A DNA stretch of 61,172 nucleotides, from contig CALRAE010000003.1 in assembly GCA_943350445.1 (NCBI GenBank), positions 1-61,172 on the forward strand. Reading direction: 5' to 3'. Positions 36,095 through 45,378 of the stretch are shown piece by piece. The notes beneath the pieces were generated by a model. That model worked only from the letters and a program-made list of their open reading frames with translations. It did not search any database and was not told the origin of the DNA. The position numbers and the translations under genes were made by a program. Numbering within the stretch: the first letter of the stretch is position 1; each line of letters starts with the position of its first letter. The DNA is from Candidatus Nomurabacteria bacterium (lineage in GTDB: Bacteria > Patescibacteriota > Minisyncoccia > Phycocordibacterales > UBA9973).

Positions 36095-36397
36095 ATGAAT
36101 AAAAAATATTGGCTTAGAGTTGCGCTATCTCTCGTTGTTGTGCATCTAATATTATTGATAATTACATTCATTATATCCTCTAGCTCAACGGGGCCAGAGG
36201 CAGGCTTTGTGTGGATCTGGATATCACTTCTGGATTTACCAGTCTTAACTTTGGCGAAGAGTTTTATTTCTGGGAGTTTTGGGCTTAAGGAAACAGCAAT
36301 TTTAGTGTTTGTTGCAGGTTCGATCCAGTGGTTTTTGATTGGTGGATTTCTCGGATGGCTTTACGGAAAAATTAAAAATAGAAATAAAGTGATATAG
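36095..36397 (+). CDS. small membrane protein, paralog of 37719..37997
   Basis: The two share the ends MNKKYWLR... and ...LGWLYGKIKNRNKVI. Three TM segments. Confidence 0.6.
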   Translation: MNKKYWLRVALSLVVVHLILLIITFIISSSSTGPEAGFVWIWISLLDLPVLTLAKSFISGSFGLKETAILVFVAGSIQWFLIGGFLGWLYGKIKNRNKVI

Positions 36398-36404
36398 TAT
36401 ATAC

Positions 36405-37427
36405 ATGAAAACAATCAAAGTTGGCATTAACGGGTTTGGTAGAATTGGAAGAGCTTTTTTAAAAGTAGCTTGGGAGAGGCCAGAGATTGAGATAGTGGCA
36501 GTGAATGATTTAGGAAGTGTGGAGAACATGGCCTATCTTTTGAAATACGACACAGTCTATAGAGAATGGAAGCATGAAATAAAAGCCGAAGGACAGGAGA
36601 TCATTATTGATGGCAAGAGAATAAAAGTTCTAGCCGAAAAAGAGCCGACTAAATTACCTTGGAGAGATTTGGGTGTGGATGTGGTTGTAGAGTCTACCGG
36701 ATTTTTCGTCACTTTTGATAAAGCTAGAGCGCATTTGGATGCGGGCGCTAAGAAAGTAGTCATTTCTGCTCCAGCGAAGGAGGGTGAGGTGCCGGCAAAA
36801 GGCGAGACTATTTTAATGGGAGTAAATGAAGACAAATTCGGCACTTGCGATGTGACTTCCAATGCATCTTGCACCACCAATGCCGCTTCACCACTTATCG
36901 CAATATTAGACGAAGCTTTGGGGATTGAAAAAGCGCTTTTAAATACTGTGCATGGATATACAGCGAGTCAGTCAATCGTGGATGGGCCAAATAAAAAAGA
37001 TTTCAGGGAGGGCAGAGCCGCAGCGCAGAACATCGTGCCGAGCTCTACTGGTGCAGCTATCGCTGTGACTAAAGCGTTTACAAAACTTGCTGGCTTGTTT
37101 GATGGTATCTCAATGCGTGTGCCTGTGCCCGCTGGATCAATCGTGGATATTACTTTTATTTCAAAAAGAGAAACCACTGCTGAAGAGGTGAATGCTATTT
37201 TAAAGAAAGCTTCTAAGGAAAAAAGATGGGAGGGGATATTCAGTGTGACAGAGGAAGACCTCGTCTCGAGCGACATCCTCGGAAGTCCGTATGGTTCTAT
37301 CGCCGACTTGAAACTTACTCGCGTAGTCGGAGGTAACCTCGTGAAAGTCATGGGGTGGTATGACAACGAAATGGGGTATACATACACACTCGTAGACCAT
37401 GTTATTAAAACTGGTAATTCAATATAA
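36405..37427 (+). CDS. gap: glyceraldehyde-3-phosphate dehydrogenase
   Basis: INGFGRIGR and the active-site SNASCTTN. 340 aa. Confidence 0.95.
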   Translation: MKTIKVGINGFGRIGRAFLKVAWERPEIEIVAVNDLGSVENMAYLLKYDTVYREWKHEIKAEGQEIIIDGKRIKVLAEKEPTKLPWRDLGVDVVVESTGFFVTFDKARAHLDAGAKKVVISAPAKEGEVPAKGETILMGVNEDKFGTCDVTSNASCTTNAASPLIAILDEALGIEKALLNTVHGYTASQSIVDGPNKKDFREGRAAAQNIVPSSTGAAIAVTKAFTKLAGLFDGISMRVPVPAGSIVDITFISKRETTAEEVNAILKKASKEKRWEGIFSVTEEDLVSSDILGSPYGSIADLKLTRVVGGNLVKVMGWYDNEMGYTYTLVDHVIKTGNSI

Positions 37428-37431
37428 AAAT

Positions 37432-37713
37432 ATGTTAAAAACAATTTTAATCAGTGTAGTAGTTCTTATTCCTTTAGCTTGGGGCTTTGTTCTTCTCTCT
37501 GTGGGAGGTTTTTCAGGAACAATGGAAAGCATCTTCTTTGATTCATTCCTTCTTCCAATTATTTTAGGATGTATAGCTTTATTTTTTATAATTAAAGGCG
37601 GCAAGGAAGCTTCCGAGCAGAAAAAATATAGTAATAATATATCTATTGGTATTCTATTCGTACTGATTGCAATAGGTGTGCTATTTTTTATTATCAAAAA
37701 TGCTTGGTCTTAA
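37432..37713 (+). CDS. small membrane protein
   Basis: Start at the internal ATG (MLKTILISVVVLIPLAWG...). Three TM segments. Confidence 0.5.
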   Translation: MLKTILISVVVLIPLAWGFVLLSVGGFSGTMESIFFDSFLLPIILGCIALFFIIKGGKEASEQKKYSNNISIGILFVLIAIGVLFFIIKNAWS

Positions 37714-37718
37714 TCAAT

Positions 37719-37997
37719 ATGAATCAAAAAAGATATTGGTTGAGGGGAGGAATTACGGGATTAGTGGTAGGTATTTTTTATTTTTTAATTGGTTGGATAT
37801 TTCCCTCTCTAGGAGAAATCCTGATAGACATCTTTGCAATAATTTTTAAACCAACATTTGCTTTATTGAAATTGTTTAGGCCGATAAAATTAGAATTGGG
37901 AAGTTTAATCTTTGCAATTTCGTTCTCGCTATTTCTTTACGGCATGATTCTTGGCTGGTTTTACGGAAAAGTTAAAAATAGGAATAATGTAATATAG
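37719..37997 (+). CDS. small membrane protein, paralog of 36095..36397
   Basis: MNQKRYWLR... ...LGWFYGKVKNRNNVI. Confidence 0.6.
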   Translation: MNQKRYWLRGGITGLVVGIFYFLIGWIFPSLGEILIDIFAIIFKPTFALLKLFRPIKLELGSLIFAISFSLFLYGMILGWFYGKVKNRNNVI

Positions 37998-38008
37998 TAG
38001 TAACATGA

Positions 38009-38130
38009 ATTCCGTTAGAGATTAGGTGGTTAATTTTTTTGATTAGTGTTAAATTATCACTGTAGTTAATTTGATTAATAATTTTTAATGTAAGTACGGA
38101 AATCTAAAGATTTCCTATCTCTAACGGAAT
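38009..38130 (+). promoter_or_regulatory. structured leader of rpiB: a 14-bp perfect inverted repeat whose distal arm covers the rpiB start codon
   Basis: attccgttagagat (38009-38022) pairs with atctctaacggaat (38117-38130), and the ATG is at 38129. An inner hairpin is ggaaatc-taaa-gatttcc (38098-38115). TATAGT lies at 37993-37998. Confidence 0.5.
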
Positions 38131-38629
38131 GAAAATTTTTATTGGGACAGATCATGCTGGGTATGAGTTGAAAGAAAAAATGAAGGTTTATCTAGCCGAG
38201 CTTGGGCTCGGGTATGAAGTCGTGGATAAAGGAGCTTTTTCGTATGACAAAGATGATGATTATCCAGATTTTATAAAGCCAGTGGCGGAAGCTGTGGCGA
38301 GCAATCAGGGAAGCTTTGGGGTCATCATTGGTGGCTCTGGCCAAGGCGAAGCGATGAGTGCAAACAGGGTTCCTGGCGCGAGGGCAGCTGTTTTTTACGG
38401 GGAAGCTGTTGCGCAAGGGGCTATCGATGTAAGTGGTAAGAAAAGTAATGACCCATATGAAATAATTAAACTTGCTCGTGAGCATAATGATGCAAATATT
38501 TTATCTCTCAGTGTGCGATTCCTTTCGGAAGATCAGGCGAAGTTTGCCACAGAACTTTTTTTAAGTACAAAGTTTTACAGTGATGAAAGGCACATTCGCC
38601 GTATTAAGAAGCTGGAAACTAAAATCTAA
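38129..38629 (+). CDS. rpiB: ribose-5-phosphate isomerase B
   Basis: MKIFIGTDHAGYELKE... and GGSGQGEAMSANR. Confidence 0.85.
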   Translation: MKIFIGTDHAGYELKEKMKVYLAELGLGYEVVDKGAFSYDKDDDYPDFIKPVAEAVASNQGSFGVIIGGSGQGEAMSANRVPGARAAVFYGEAVAQGAIDVSGKKSNDPYEIIKLAREHNDANILSLSVRFLSEDQAKFATELFLSTKFYSDERHIRRIKKLETKI

Positions 38630-38632
38630 TTT

Positions 38633-39331
38633 ATGGCAGAAATAATTCCTGCAATTTTGGAAAAGAATTTTAACGAGATAAAAAACAAACTCACTGCTCT
38701 GCGTGAGCAGTCTAAGTGTGTGCACATAGATCTTTGTGATGGTGTTTTTGTACCGAGTCAGACATGGCCTTTTTCTTCCGGTGGTTTAGAAGATTATGAT
38801 TTTCATAGAATAATGAATGAGGAAGAAGGGATGCCTTTCTGGGAGGACTTTGATTTTGAATTTGATTTGATGGTGGCAGATGCCGTAGAGAATTTTGATC
38901 TATATATGAAGTTAGGGCCAAAGAGGCTGATCTTTCATCCAGTAATTGGCGAAAATATGGAAGAATTTGAACACTTCTTGGAGGGTTTGGATATGTATAT
39001 ACGAGACAATGTGCAAATAGGTGTTGCTTTTAGACCTAGTGATGATTTGACTATTGTGTCAAAACTTTCCCACAAGGCTGATTTTCTGCACTGTATGGGT
39101 TCGGATAAGATTGGTTTTCAGGGTGAAGATTTTTCTCAAAAAGCTCTAGAAAATATAAAATTTCTCAAACAAAATCTTCCAGGAGTTGTGATATCGGTAG
39201 ACATCGGTGTGAATCTAGAAAATGCGGAGAGCATAATAGAAGCTGGCGCAGACAGGCTCATAGTGGGTTCAAGTATTTGGAAAAGCGCAGACCCTATTGG
39301 TGCGCTACAAACTTTCCAGAATCTGGTATAA
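38633..39331 (+). CDS. rpe: ribulose-phosphate 3-epimerase-like (TIM barrel) protein
   Basis: N-terminal block IIPAIL....HIDLCDGVFVP. It lies between rpiB and the transketolase genes. Confidence 0.6.
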   Translation: MAEIIPAILEKNFNEIKNKLTALREQSKCVHIDLCDGVFVPSQTWPFSSGGLEDYDFHRIMNEEEGMPFWEDFDFEFDLMVADAVENFDLYMKLGPKRLIFHPVIGENMEEFEHFLEGLDMYIRDNVQIGVAFRPSDDLTIVSKLSHKADFLHCMGSDKIGFQGEDFSQKALENIKFLKQNLPGVVISVDIGVNLENAESIIEAGADRLIVGSSIWKSADPIGALQTFQNLV

Positions 39332-39339
39332 TTAAACAG

Positions 39340-40182
39340 ATGTTTTTATCTGAAGAAAAAATAAAAGATTTAGCAATCAAGGCGAATGATATTCGCAAGA
39401 GTATTATTGAGATGCTCGTAGAAGCAAAGAGTGGGCACACTGCGGGCCCCCTTGGCATGACAGATATTTTTACCCTTTTTTATTTTCATATTTTAAAACA
39501 TGATCCAAAGAATCCAACTTGGGAAGAGAGAGATAGGCTAGTGCTCAGTAATGGACACATATGTCCAGTGCTTTATGCCACGATGGCACATGCAGGATAT
39601 TTCGAGAAAGAGGAATTAAAAACTTTAAGAAAATTTGGTACTCGATTGCAAGGACATCCACATCGAGAATATTTGCCTTATGTTGAAAATTCTTCAGGTC
39701 CTCTAGGTGCAGGGCTTTCTCAGGCGGTGGGTATGGCTTTAGCTGATAAAATAGATCAAAAAGATGGCGCAAGATTTATTTATTGTTTTTTGTCTGATGG
39801 GGAACTCGATGAAGGAAATAGCTGGGAGGGGATAATGCTTGCGGGAAAACATAAACTCCACAACTTGATTGCTATTATAGATCGAAATAATATTCAGATT
39901 GAGGGAGTGACAGAAGAAATAATGCCCCTTGAACCGTTAGCGGATAAGTGGAAGGCTTTTAATTGGCATGTGATAGAAGTAAGCGGGCACGACTTCAAAG
40001 CTCTAAACGAGGCAGTGGAGGAAGCGCAGACTATTTTTGAGAAGCCAACGGTTATCATTGCGCACACCATACCAGGGAAAGGTGTGAAATCATTTGAGAG
40101 GAATTATAAGTGGCATGGTAAAGCACCAAATAAAGAAGAAGCGGCAATGGCGTTAAAGGAATTAGATGAGGTAAGGTTTTAA
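39340..40182 (+). CDS. transketolase, N-terminal (TPP-binding) subunit
   Basis: GHTAGPLGM, GHPH and LSDGELDEGNSWE. Start moved to the ATG 7 nt after TGgTATAAT. Confidence 0.85.
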   Translation: MFLSEEKIKDLAIKANDIRKSIIEMLVEAKSGHTAGPLGMTDIFTLFYFHILKHDPKNPTWEERDRLVLSNGHICPVLYATMAHAGYFEKEELKTLRKFGTRLQGHPHREYLPYVENSSGPLGAGLSQAVGMALADKIDQKDGARFIYCFLSDGELDEGNSWEGIMLAGKHKLHNLIAIIDRNNIQIEGVTEEIMPLEPLADKWKAFNWHVIEVSGHDFKALNEAVEEAQTIFEKPTVIIAHTIPGKGVKSFERNYKWHGKAPNKEEAAMALKELDEVRF

Positions 40183-40185
40183 ATC

Positions 40186-41187
40186 ATGCTTAACCCAAAA
40201 TTAAAACTTAATGCGAAAATATTCAACTCTGATGTTGAACAGGTACCTATCCGAAAAGGTTTTGGCCAGGGATTTATGCTTGCCGGAGAAGCAGATAAAA
40301 ATGTCGTTGGACTTTGCGCAGATTTGACCGAGAGTACACAAATGTATTTGTTTGCTGATAAATTTCCACAAAGATTTGTGCAGGTGGGGGTGGCGGAGCA
40401 AAATCTAGTCACTGTGGCTTCCGGTATGGCCTCTATGGGCAAGATTCCTTTTTGTTCTTCTTATGCGATGTTTTCTCCAGGGCGAAATTGGGAACAGATC
40501 AGGACGACGATAGCTTACAATGACAGAAAAGTAGTAATAGTGGGTTCACACGCTGGTATTTCAGTTGGGCCCGACGGAGGAACTCATCAGGCGCTTGAGG
40601 ATATTGCTCTGATGCGAGTAATGCCGAATATGGATGTCGTTTCTCCTTGTGATGCGATAGAAGCCAAGAAGGCAACTCTTGCACTCGCAAAGAGTAAAAG
40701 GCCGGCTTATCTGCGTTTGGCTCGTGAAAAGACTCCGATCATCACCACAGATGAAACCCCTTTCACTTTAGGTAAAGCAGAAATTTATTGGATGCCGGAT
40801 GTTGGGATAGCGCAAGTGGGAATAATAGTTACCGGTGGATTGATGCACCGCGCACTACTTGCAGCCAAAGAACTCGAGGCCGAAGGTATAAAAATAAAAG
40901 TATTAAATTTACCTTCTATTAAACCGATAGACACTAATGCAATAATATCTCTAGCGAAAGAAACTAAAAGAATTGTAACAGTCGAAGAACATCAAGTGGC
41001 AGGAGGAATGGGAGGGGCAGTAGCAGAAGTTTTGGCACAAAATTATCCTGTTGCTATGGAATTTATCGGGGTCAAAGATTTATTTGGTCAAAGTGGCACA
41101 CCAGATGAACTTGTTGAACATTATGGTATGGGTAAGGATTCTATAAAGGAAGGAGTGAAGAGAATTTTAGGAAGAAAAATTATCTAG
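40186..41187 (+). CDS. transketolase, C-terminal (pyrimidine-binding) subunit
   Basis: VGVAEQN, GPDGGTHQALEDIA. 333 aa. Confidence 0.85.
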   Translation: MLNPKLKLNAKIFNSDVEQVPIRKGFGQGFMLAGEADKNVVGLCADLTESTQMYLFADKFPQRFVQVGVAEQNLVTVASGMASMGKIPFCSSYAMFSPGRNWEQIRTTIAYNDRKVVIVGSHAGISVGPDGGTHQALEDIALMRVMPNMDVVSPCDAIEAKKATLALAKSKRPAYLRLAREKTPIITTDETPFTLGKAEIYWMPDVGIAQVGIIVTGGLMHRALLAAKELEAEGIKIKVLNLPSIKPIDTNAIISLAKETKRIVTVEEHQVAGGMGGAVAEVLAQNYPVAMEFIGVKDLFGQSGTPDELVEHYGMGKDSIKEGVKRILGRKII

Positions 41188-41540
41188 TTTTCTTCTACGT
41201 TGTCAGGCATCAACTGGGCTTCTATGTTTAATATTCTCCTTTCAATATTAGCTAACGCTTCAAATGCTTCCTTTTCTTCGGTGGGTAAATTACCCATTTG
41301 TTTTAAAAGATCACCAAGTTCACCATTCAATCTTTCTACTTCGTGTGGTAGGGTACGCATATCACCATCAGCTGCTTCTACTTGAGCTATCATTCTCGCA
41401 GTAAAAGCTGCAGATGAAGGCTTTAATATTTCAGCTAGTTTTGCTAGATGTCTAGTTAATTTCTCTCGTTCTATATTTAGAGTATCCATTCTTTTTGCAA
41501 ATGCACCTGCTAGGAAATTGTCTCCTTGATCTGGGGTCAT
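41184..41540 (-). CDS. hypothetical protein (helical)
   Basis: 118 aa with no recognised family. It sits in tight tandem after the PfkB kinase gene. Confidence 0.5.
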   Translation of the reverse strand: MTPDQGDNFLAGAFAKRMDTLNIEREKLTRHLAKLAEILKPSSAAFTARMIAQVEAADGDMRTLPHEVERLNGELGDLLKQMGNLPTEEKEAFEALANIERRILNIEAQLMPDNVEEN

Positions 41541-41542
41541 AA

Positions 41543-42541
41543 TTATATTTTCTTAGCTTGATAATCCGGAGCATTTTTAAGCAAGGCTTCTATCTCCGAC
41601 TGAGACAGAAGGCCTGCTTGCGCTCCCACTTTTTGCACTACAGACATAGAATTTACAGCTCCCCACGCTAGGGCTTCGGGTAAAGTTTTACCTAGAATAA
41701 ATGCAGAAACTACAGTAGAAGCAAAAGCATCTCCAGCGCCAGTGCGTTCGTATGGAGGTTTTGGATCTGGATAGGGTTTTATGAACCAATTATTTGTACC
41801 GTCATATGCGTATGCACCCTTTGGTCCATCGGTTATTACAATATTTTTCGGACCTAATTCGTGGATTTTTTTTAATAATTCCACTGCGTCTACATTTTCT
41901 ATGCCAAGTATTTTTTCGGCTTCTTCTACATTACAGAAGAAGAATTCTGATTTATCATAGAGCTTGATAAGTTTTTCTTTACCTAATTTTATTTCATTCT
42001 TGCCGGGTTGGAATGCCAGTTTGATATTTGGATGGTTCTCTAAATATTCTGCGACAATGTTATGAAAAGGGAAGGCGGTTTCGCTTATGGAACTAAAATA
42101 AATCCATTTTGGTTCTCCGACCTCAGGTAAACTGTAATCATATTTTTCGTGTTTAATTAAAATAGTGCGTTCTGGTGGATACCAGAGTACATAATGATAA
42201 TTGGTTTTGATGCCTTGATTGATTTTAATAAAATCCGTTTTCACTTTATTGTTTTGCAAAGTCTTCAAACAATCTTTACCATTTTCATCATCTCCAATAT
42301 TTGATACTAAAGCTGAAGCAAGCCCGAGTCTGGCTGCGGATACGGCCGCATTCGCTGCATTTCCAACTGCGGGAAGTATCAAGACTTCTTCGTAAGGCAC
42401 TTTGTCAGCAAATTGCATACAGATTTTATATTCTGATGTGTCTGGCGCGCCTACAATGTTTGCTTCTTTTAATTTTATGAATGCATCTACCACAGTATCC
42501 CCGATTGCCAAGAAATCTATTTTGTTTTCTTTTTCAGTCAT
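41543..42541 (-). CDS. PfkB-family carbohydrate kinase
   Basis: C-terminal motif TGAGDAF. Start moved to ATG 42541, 6 nt after TATAAT. Confidence 0.8.
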   Translation of the reverse strand: MTEKENKIDFLAIGDTVVDAFIKLKEANIVGAPDTSEYKICMQFADKVPYEEVLILPAVGNAANAAVSAARLGLASALVSNIGDDENGKDCLKTLQNNKVKTDFIKINQGIKTNYHYVLWYPPERTILIKHEKYDYSLPEVGEPKWIYFSSISETAFPFHNIVAEYLENHPNIKLAFQPGKNEIKLGKEKLIKLYDKSEFFFCNVEEAEKILGIENVDAVELLKKIHELGPKNIVITDGPKGAYAYDGTNNWFIKPYPDPKPPYERTGAGDAFASTVVSAFILGKTLPEALAWGAVNSMSVVQKVGAQAGLLSQSEIEALLKNAPDYQAKKI

Positions 42542-42602
42542 GATATTATTATACATTATAAATATTTTTCCGCCAAAGGTGACCAGTCTAGGCTAAAAAA
42601 TT

Positions 42603-44078
42603 ATGTCTAAAAAATTATTTATCTTTTTTGTGGTATTTACCTTTTTTTCTTCTTATCATTTTACTCATGCTGGTTTGATAATAAACGAGGTGATGTATGA
42701 CTTGTCAGGCGCAGATAGTGTCAGTGGCAAAAGTAAGGAATGGATCGAGATTTATAATCCGGATGCTAGTGATATTTCTATTGATGCTTCAGAATGGAGA
42801 ATATATGATGGTTCCGCAAATCGAACAATAAACGGTGAAATAGATTTCTCTATTCCCACTCAATCTTATATAATTTTTGCCGGAGATAAAGATACATTTC
42901 TAGCGGACAATCCAGGTTTTGGAGGGGTGGTTTATGATACGGGGATTACCAGCTTGAATAATACTGGAGCAACTTTAAAAATTTTAGATCAAAATGGAGT
43001 TACTGTGGACTTAATTACCTATGCCTCCTCGCAGGGTGGAGCTGGGGATGGAAATTCTTTACAAAAAATATCGGGTTCTTGGACGGGGAATACGCCTACA
43101 CCCGGAGCTACGAATGAAGCTTCTACACCCAATTCATCTAGCGGAGGTGGAGTAGGAAGCGCTACTCAGAGTAATAATTCTAATGATACGACCATAAAAG
43201 AAGTAAAAAATAAACCAGTGGAGGAGTCAAAAATTAGAACTAAAATTATCGTAAAGAACATTGTTTTGGTCGGTAACCCATTAGTATTTCAACTTACTGC
43301 TACTGGTTATAATAAAGAAAAATTATTCCATGGTGGGTATTTTATAAATTTCGGAGATGGTGATTCTAGAGAAATACAAGTAAGTAGTACCCAAAATAAT
43401 GCAAGTATGTCGCATACCTATTTTTATTCTGGTGAATATGTCATGAATCTAGAATATTACATGAATTCTTATGGCGGCGTCCCGGATGCCTCTGATCAGA
43501 TGACTATCAGGGTGGCTCCGTCAGACATATCAATCTCTGGTGTGGGGAACGAGCAAGATTTTTTTGTTGAGTTGAGTAACAATACAGAATACAATGCTGA
43601 TATTTCTGGATGGATCTTGGCTAGTAATCTGAAAAGTTTTACTTTTCCGAAAAATACCATTATAAATCCAAAAAAGAAATTGTTTATTTCTCCAAACCTT
43701 ACCAATTTTACCATTTTAGATAAAGACACTCTAAAATTAATGAATTCACAGTGGAAAACTGTTTTTGATTATGGGGGATCTATTAACTATGTTATTAAAA
43801 AAGAAAATCCTCCGATCAAAACTACAACGTCGGTCCGTGCTACTCCCATTCAAGAAGTTTCAGCCGATACAGAAGAAATATTGAGATTACCGTTGGTGCC
43901 AGCTGAAAATTTGGGTGCCCTGGTTTCTTCAAGTGGCGTAGTTAAAAATAGCGTAATTCCTTATGCTCCGATGTTAGCCTTTGTTTTTATTGGTGCATCA
44001 GCCGGTGCTGTTTATTTTGTTCGTCGAAAAGGCATCCCATTTAAGATCGGAGATGATTTTAAGATACTGGATGAGTAG
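42603..44078 (+). CDS. secreted lamin-tail-domain (LTD) protein with a C-terminal membrane anchor
   Basis: Signal peptide, LTD block LIINEVMYDLSGADS...EWIEIYNP, a second LTD-like block FFVELSNNTEYNADISGW, and a C-terminal TM helix followed by RRK. Confidence 0.7.
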   Translation: MSKKLFIFFVVFTFFSSYHFTHAGLIINEVMYDLSGADSVSGKSKEWIEIYNPDASDISIDASEWRIYDGSANRTINGEIDFSIPTQSYIIFAGDKDTFLADNPGFGGVVYDTGITSLNNTGATLKILDQNGVTVDLITYASSQGGAGDGNSLQKISGSWTGNTPTPGATNEASTPNSSSGGGVGSATQSNNSNDTTIKEVKNKPVEESKIRTKIIVKNIVLVGNPLVFQLTATGYNKEKLFHGGYFINFGDGDSREIQVSSTQNNASMSHTYFYSGEYVMNLEYYMNSYGGVPDASDQMTIRVAPSDISISGVGNEQDFFVELSNNTEYNADISGWILASNLKSFTFPKNTIINPKKKLFISPNLTNFTILDKDTLKLMNSQWKTVFDYGGSINYVIKKENPPIKTTTSVRATPIQEVSADTEEILRLPLVPAENLGALVSSSGVVKNSVIPYAPMLAFVFIGASAGAVYFVRRKGIPFKIGDDFKILDE

Positions 44079-44081
44079 TTG

Positions 44082-44200
44082 TAAAATTCTCTGAAATATA
44101 AACTTTTTCCGGTACAAATTTTTCGAAGCTTGAAAAATTCTGAAGTTTCCTCGCCGTCGCTCGGAAAACCCCTCCAAAAGTTATATTTCAAAGAATTTTA
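44082..44200. repeat. ~25-bp imperfect inverted repeat flanking ~68 nt
   Basis: taaaattctctgaaatataaactttt (44082-44107) pairs with aaaagttatatttcaaagaatttta (44176-44200), with 1 mismatch and 1 indel. Confidence 0.75.
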
Positions 44201-44220
44201 TTATGTGGTATATTGTTTGC

Positions 44221-44436
44221 ATGTTTCAAAATTTTTTAATTAAAAAAATGCTTCGCACGCAGGGCGTGCCAGAAGCGCAAATAGATATGTTTATAAGCAT
44301 GATGGAGAAGAATCCTGAGCTTTTTAAGACTATTGCCGAGGAAGTGCAAGTAAAAATAAAAGGAGGAATGGATCAGCAGACTGCTTCAATAGAAGTAATG
44401 AAAAAACACGAAGAAGAACTTAAAAAATTGGCTTAG
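44221..44436 (+). CDS. small hypothetical protein (71 aa)
   Basis: Start moved to the ATG 6 nt after TGgTATATT (44209-44214). The sequence is MFQNFLIKKMLRTQGVPEAQ.... Confidence 0.5.
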   Translation: MFQNFLIKKMLRTQGVPEAQIDMFISMMEKNPELFKTIAEEVQVKIKGGMDQQTASIEVMKKHEEELKKLA

Positions 44437-44463
44437 AAGTTGAAATTTTGCTATATTTTCTCT

Positions 44464-45282
44464 ATGTCTTTAAAGATTGGAATTGTCGGTTTACCAAACG
44501 TGGGGAAGTCCACGCTTTTTAATGCGCTTACAAACAAAAGTGTTCCTGCAGAGAATTACCCTTTCTGCACTATTGATCCATCTGTGGGAATTGTTCCCGT
44601 GCCAGACGAAAGACTTACAAAACTATCTACTATTTCCAAATCTAAAAAAACAGTGCCTGCTGTCGTGGAGTTCGTAGACATCGCAGGGTTGGTCAAGGGT
44701 GCATCAGAAGGGGCGGGTCTTGGTAATAAATTTCTGTCGCACATTAGGGAAGTAGATGCGATTATTGAAGTGGTGCGAATTTTTGAAGATCCAAATACGA
44801 TTCATGTTCACGATAAAGTGGATCCGCTTTTTGATATCGAGGTTATAAATTTTGAATTAGACAAGGCTGGGATTAAAAAACCAACCTTATATGTCTTAAA
44901 TAGTTCTGAGGCAGCAGAAAATGTCAAAAAAGATTTTATATCAAAACTTAATGGTCCCTATATTGAAGTCGATGCAGTTTTCGGTACAGGACTCGATAAA
45001 CTTATTAAGGCAGGCTACGATTTGTTAAACTTGATCACTTTTTTTACCACCGGTGAAGATGAATCAAGGGCTTGGACGACACTTCGTGGAGCGACAGCGC
45101 CATTTGCGGGCAAATCCATACACACTGATTTTCAACAGAAGTTTATTCGTGCGGAAGTTGTGTCTTATGATCAACTAATCGAGGCAGGGAGTTTTGTAAA
45201 AGCGAAAGAAAGAGGTTGGGTGCGAACAGAAGGTAAAGAATATATTGTTAAAGATGGTGATGTTATTGAGTTTCTGGTATGA
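44464..45282 (+). CDS. ychF: ribosome-binding ATPase YchF (short form)
   Basis: [23 protein letters not shown] and a C-terminal TGS-like block [10 protein letters not shown]. 272 aa. Start lies 6 nt after TGcTATATT. Confidence 0.85.
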   Translation: MSLKIGIVGLPNVGKSTLFNALTNKSVPAENYPFCTIDPSVGIVPVPDERLTKLSTISKSKKTVPAVVEFVDIAGLVKGASEGAGLGNKFLSHIREVDAIIEVVRIFEDPNTIHVHDKVDPLFDIEVINFELDKAGIKKPTLYVLNSSEAAENVKKDFISKLNGPYIEVDAVFGTGLDKLIKAGYDLLNLITFFTTGEDESRAWTTLRGATAPFAGKSIHTDFQQKFIRAEVVSYDQLIEAGSFVKAKERGWVRTEGKEYIVKDGDVIEFLV

Positions 45283-45378
45283 ACTCAATGACCCTGAGTA
45301 TGTCGAATGGGTAAATTGAATTTTTAATATAAAATTCGTAGATACTGAGCAAAACGAATATATGGTAGAATTCTTAAT

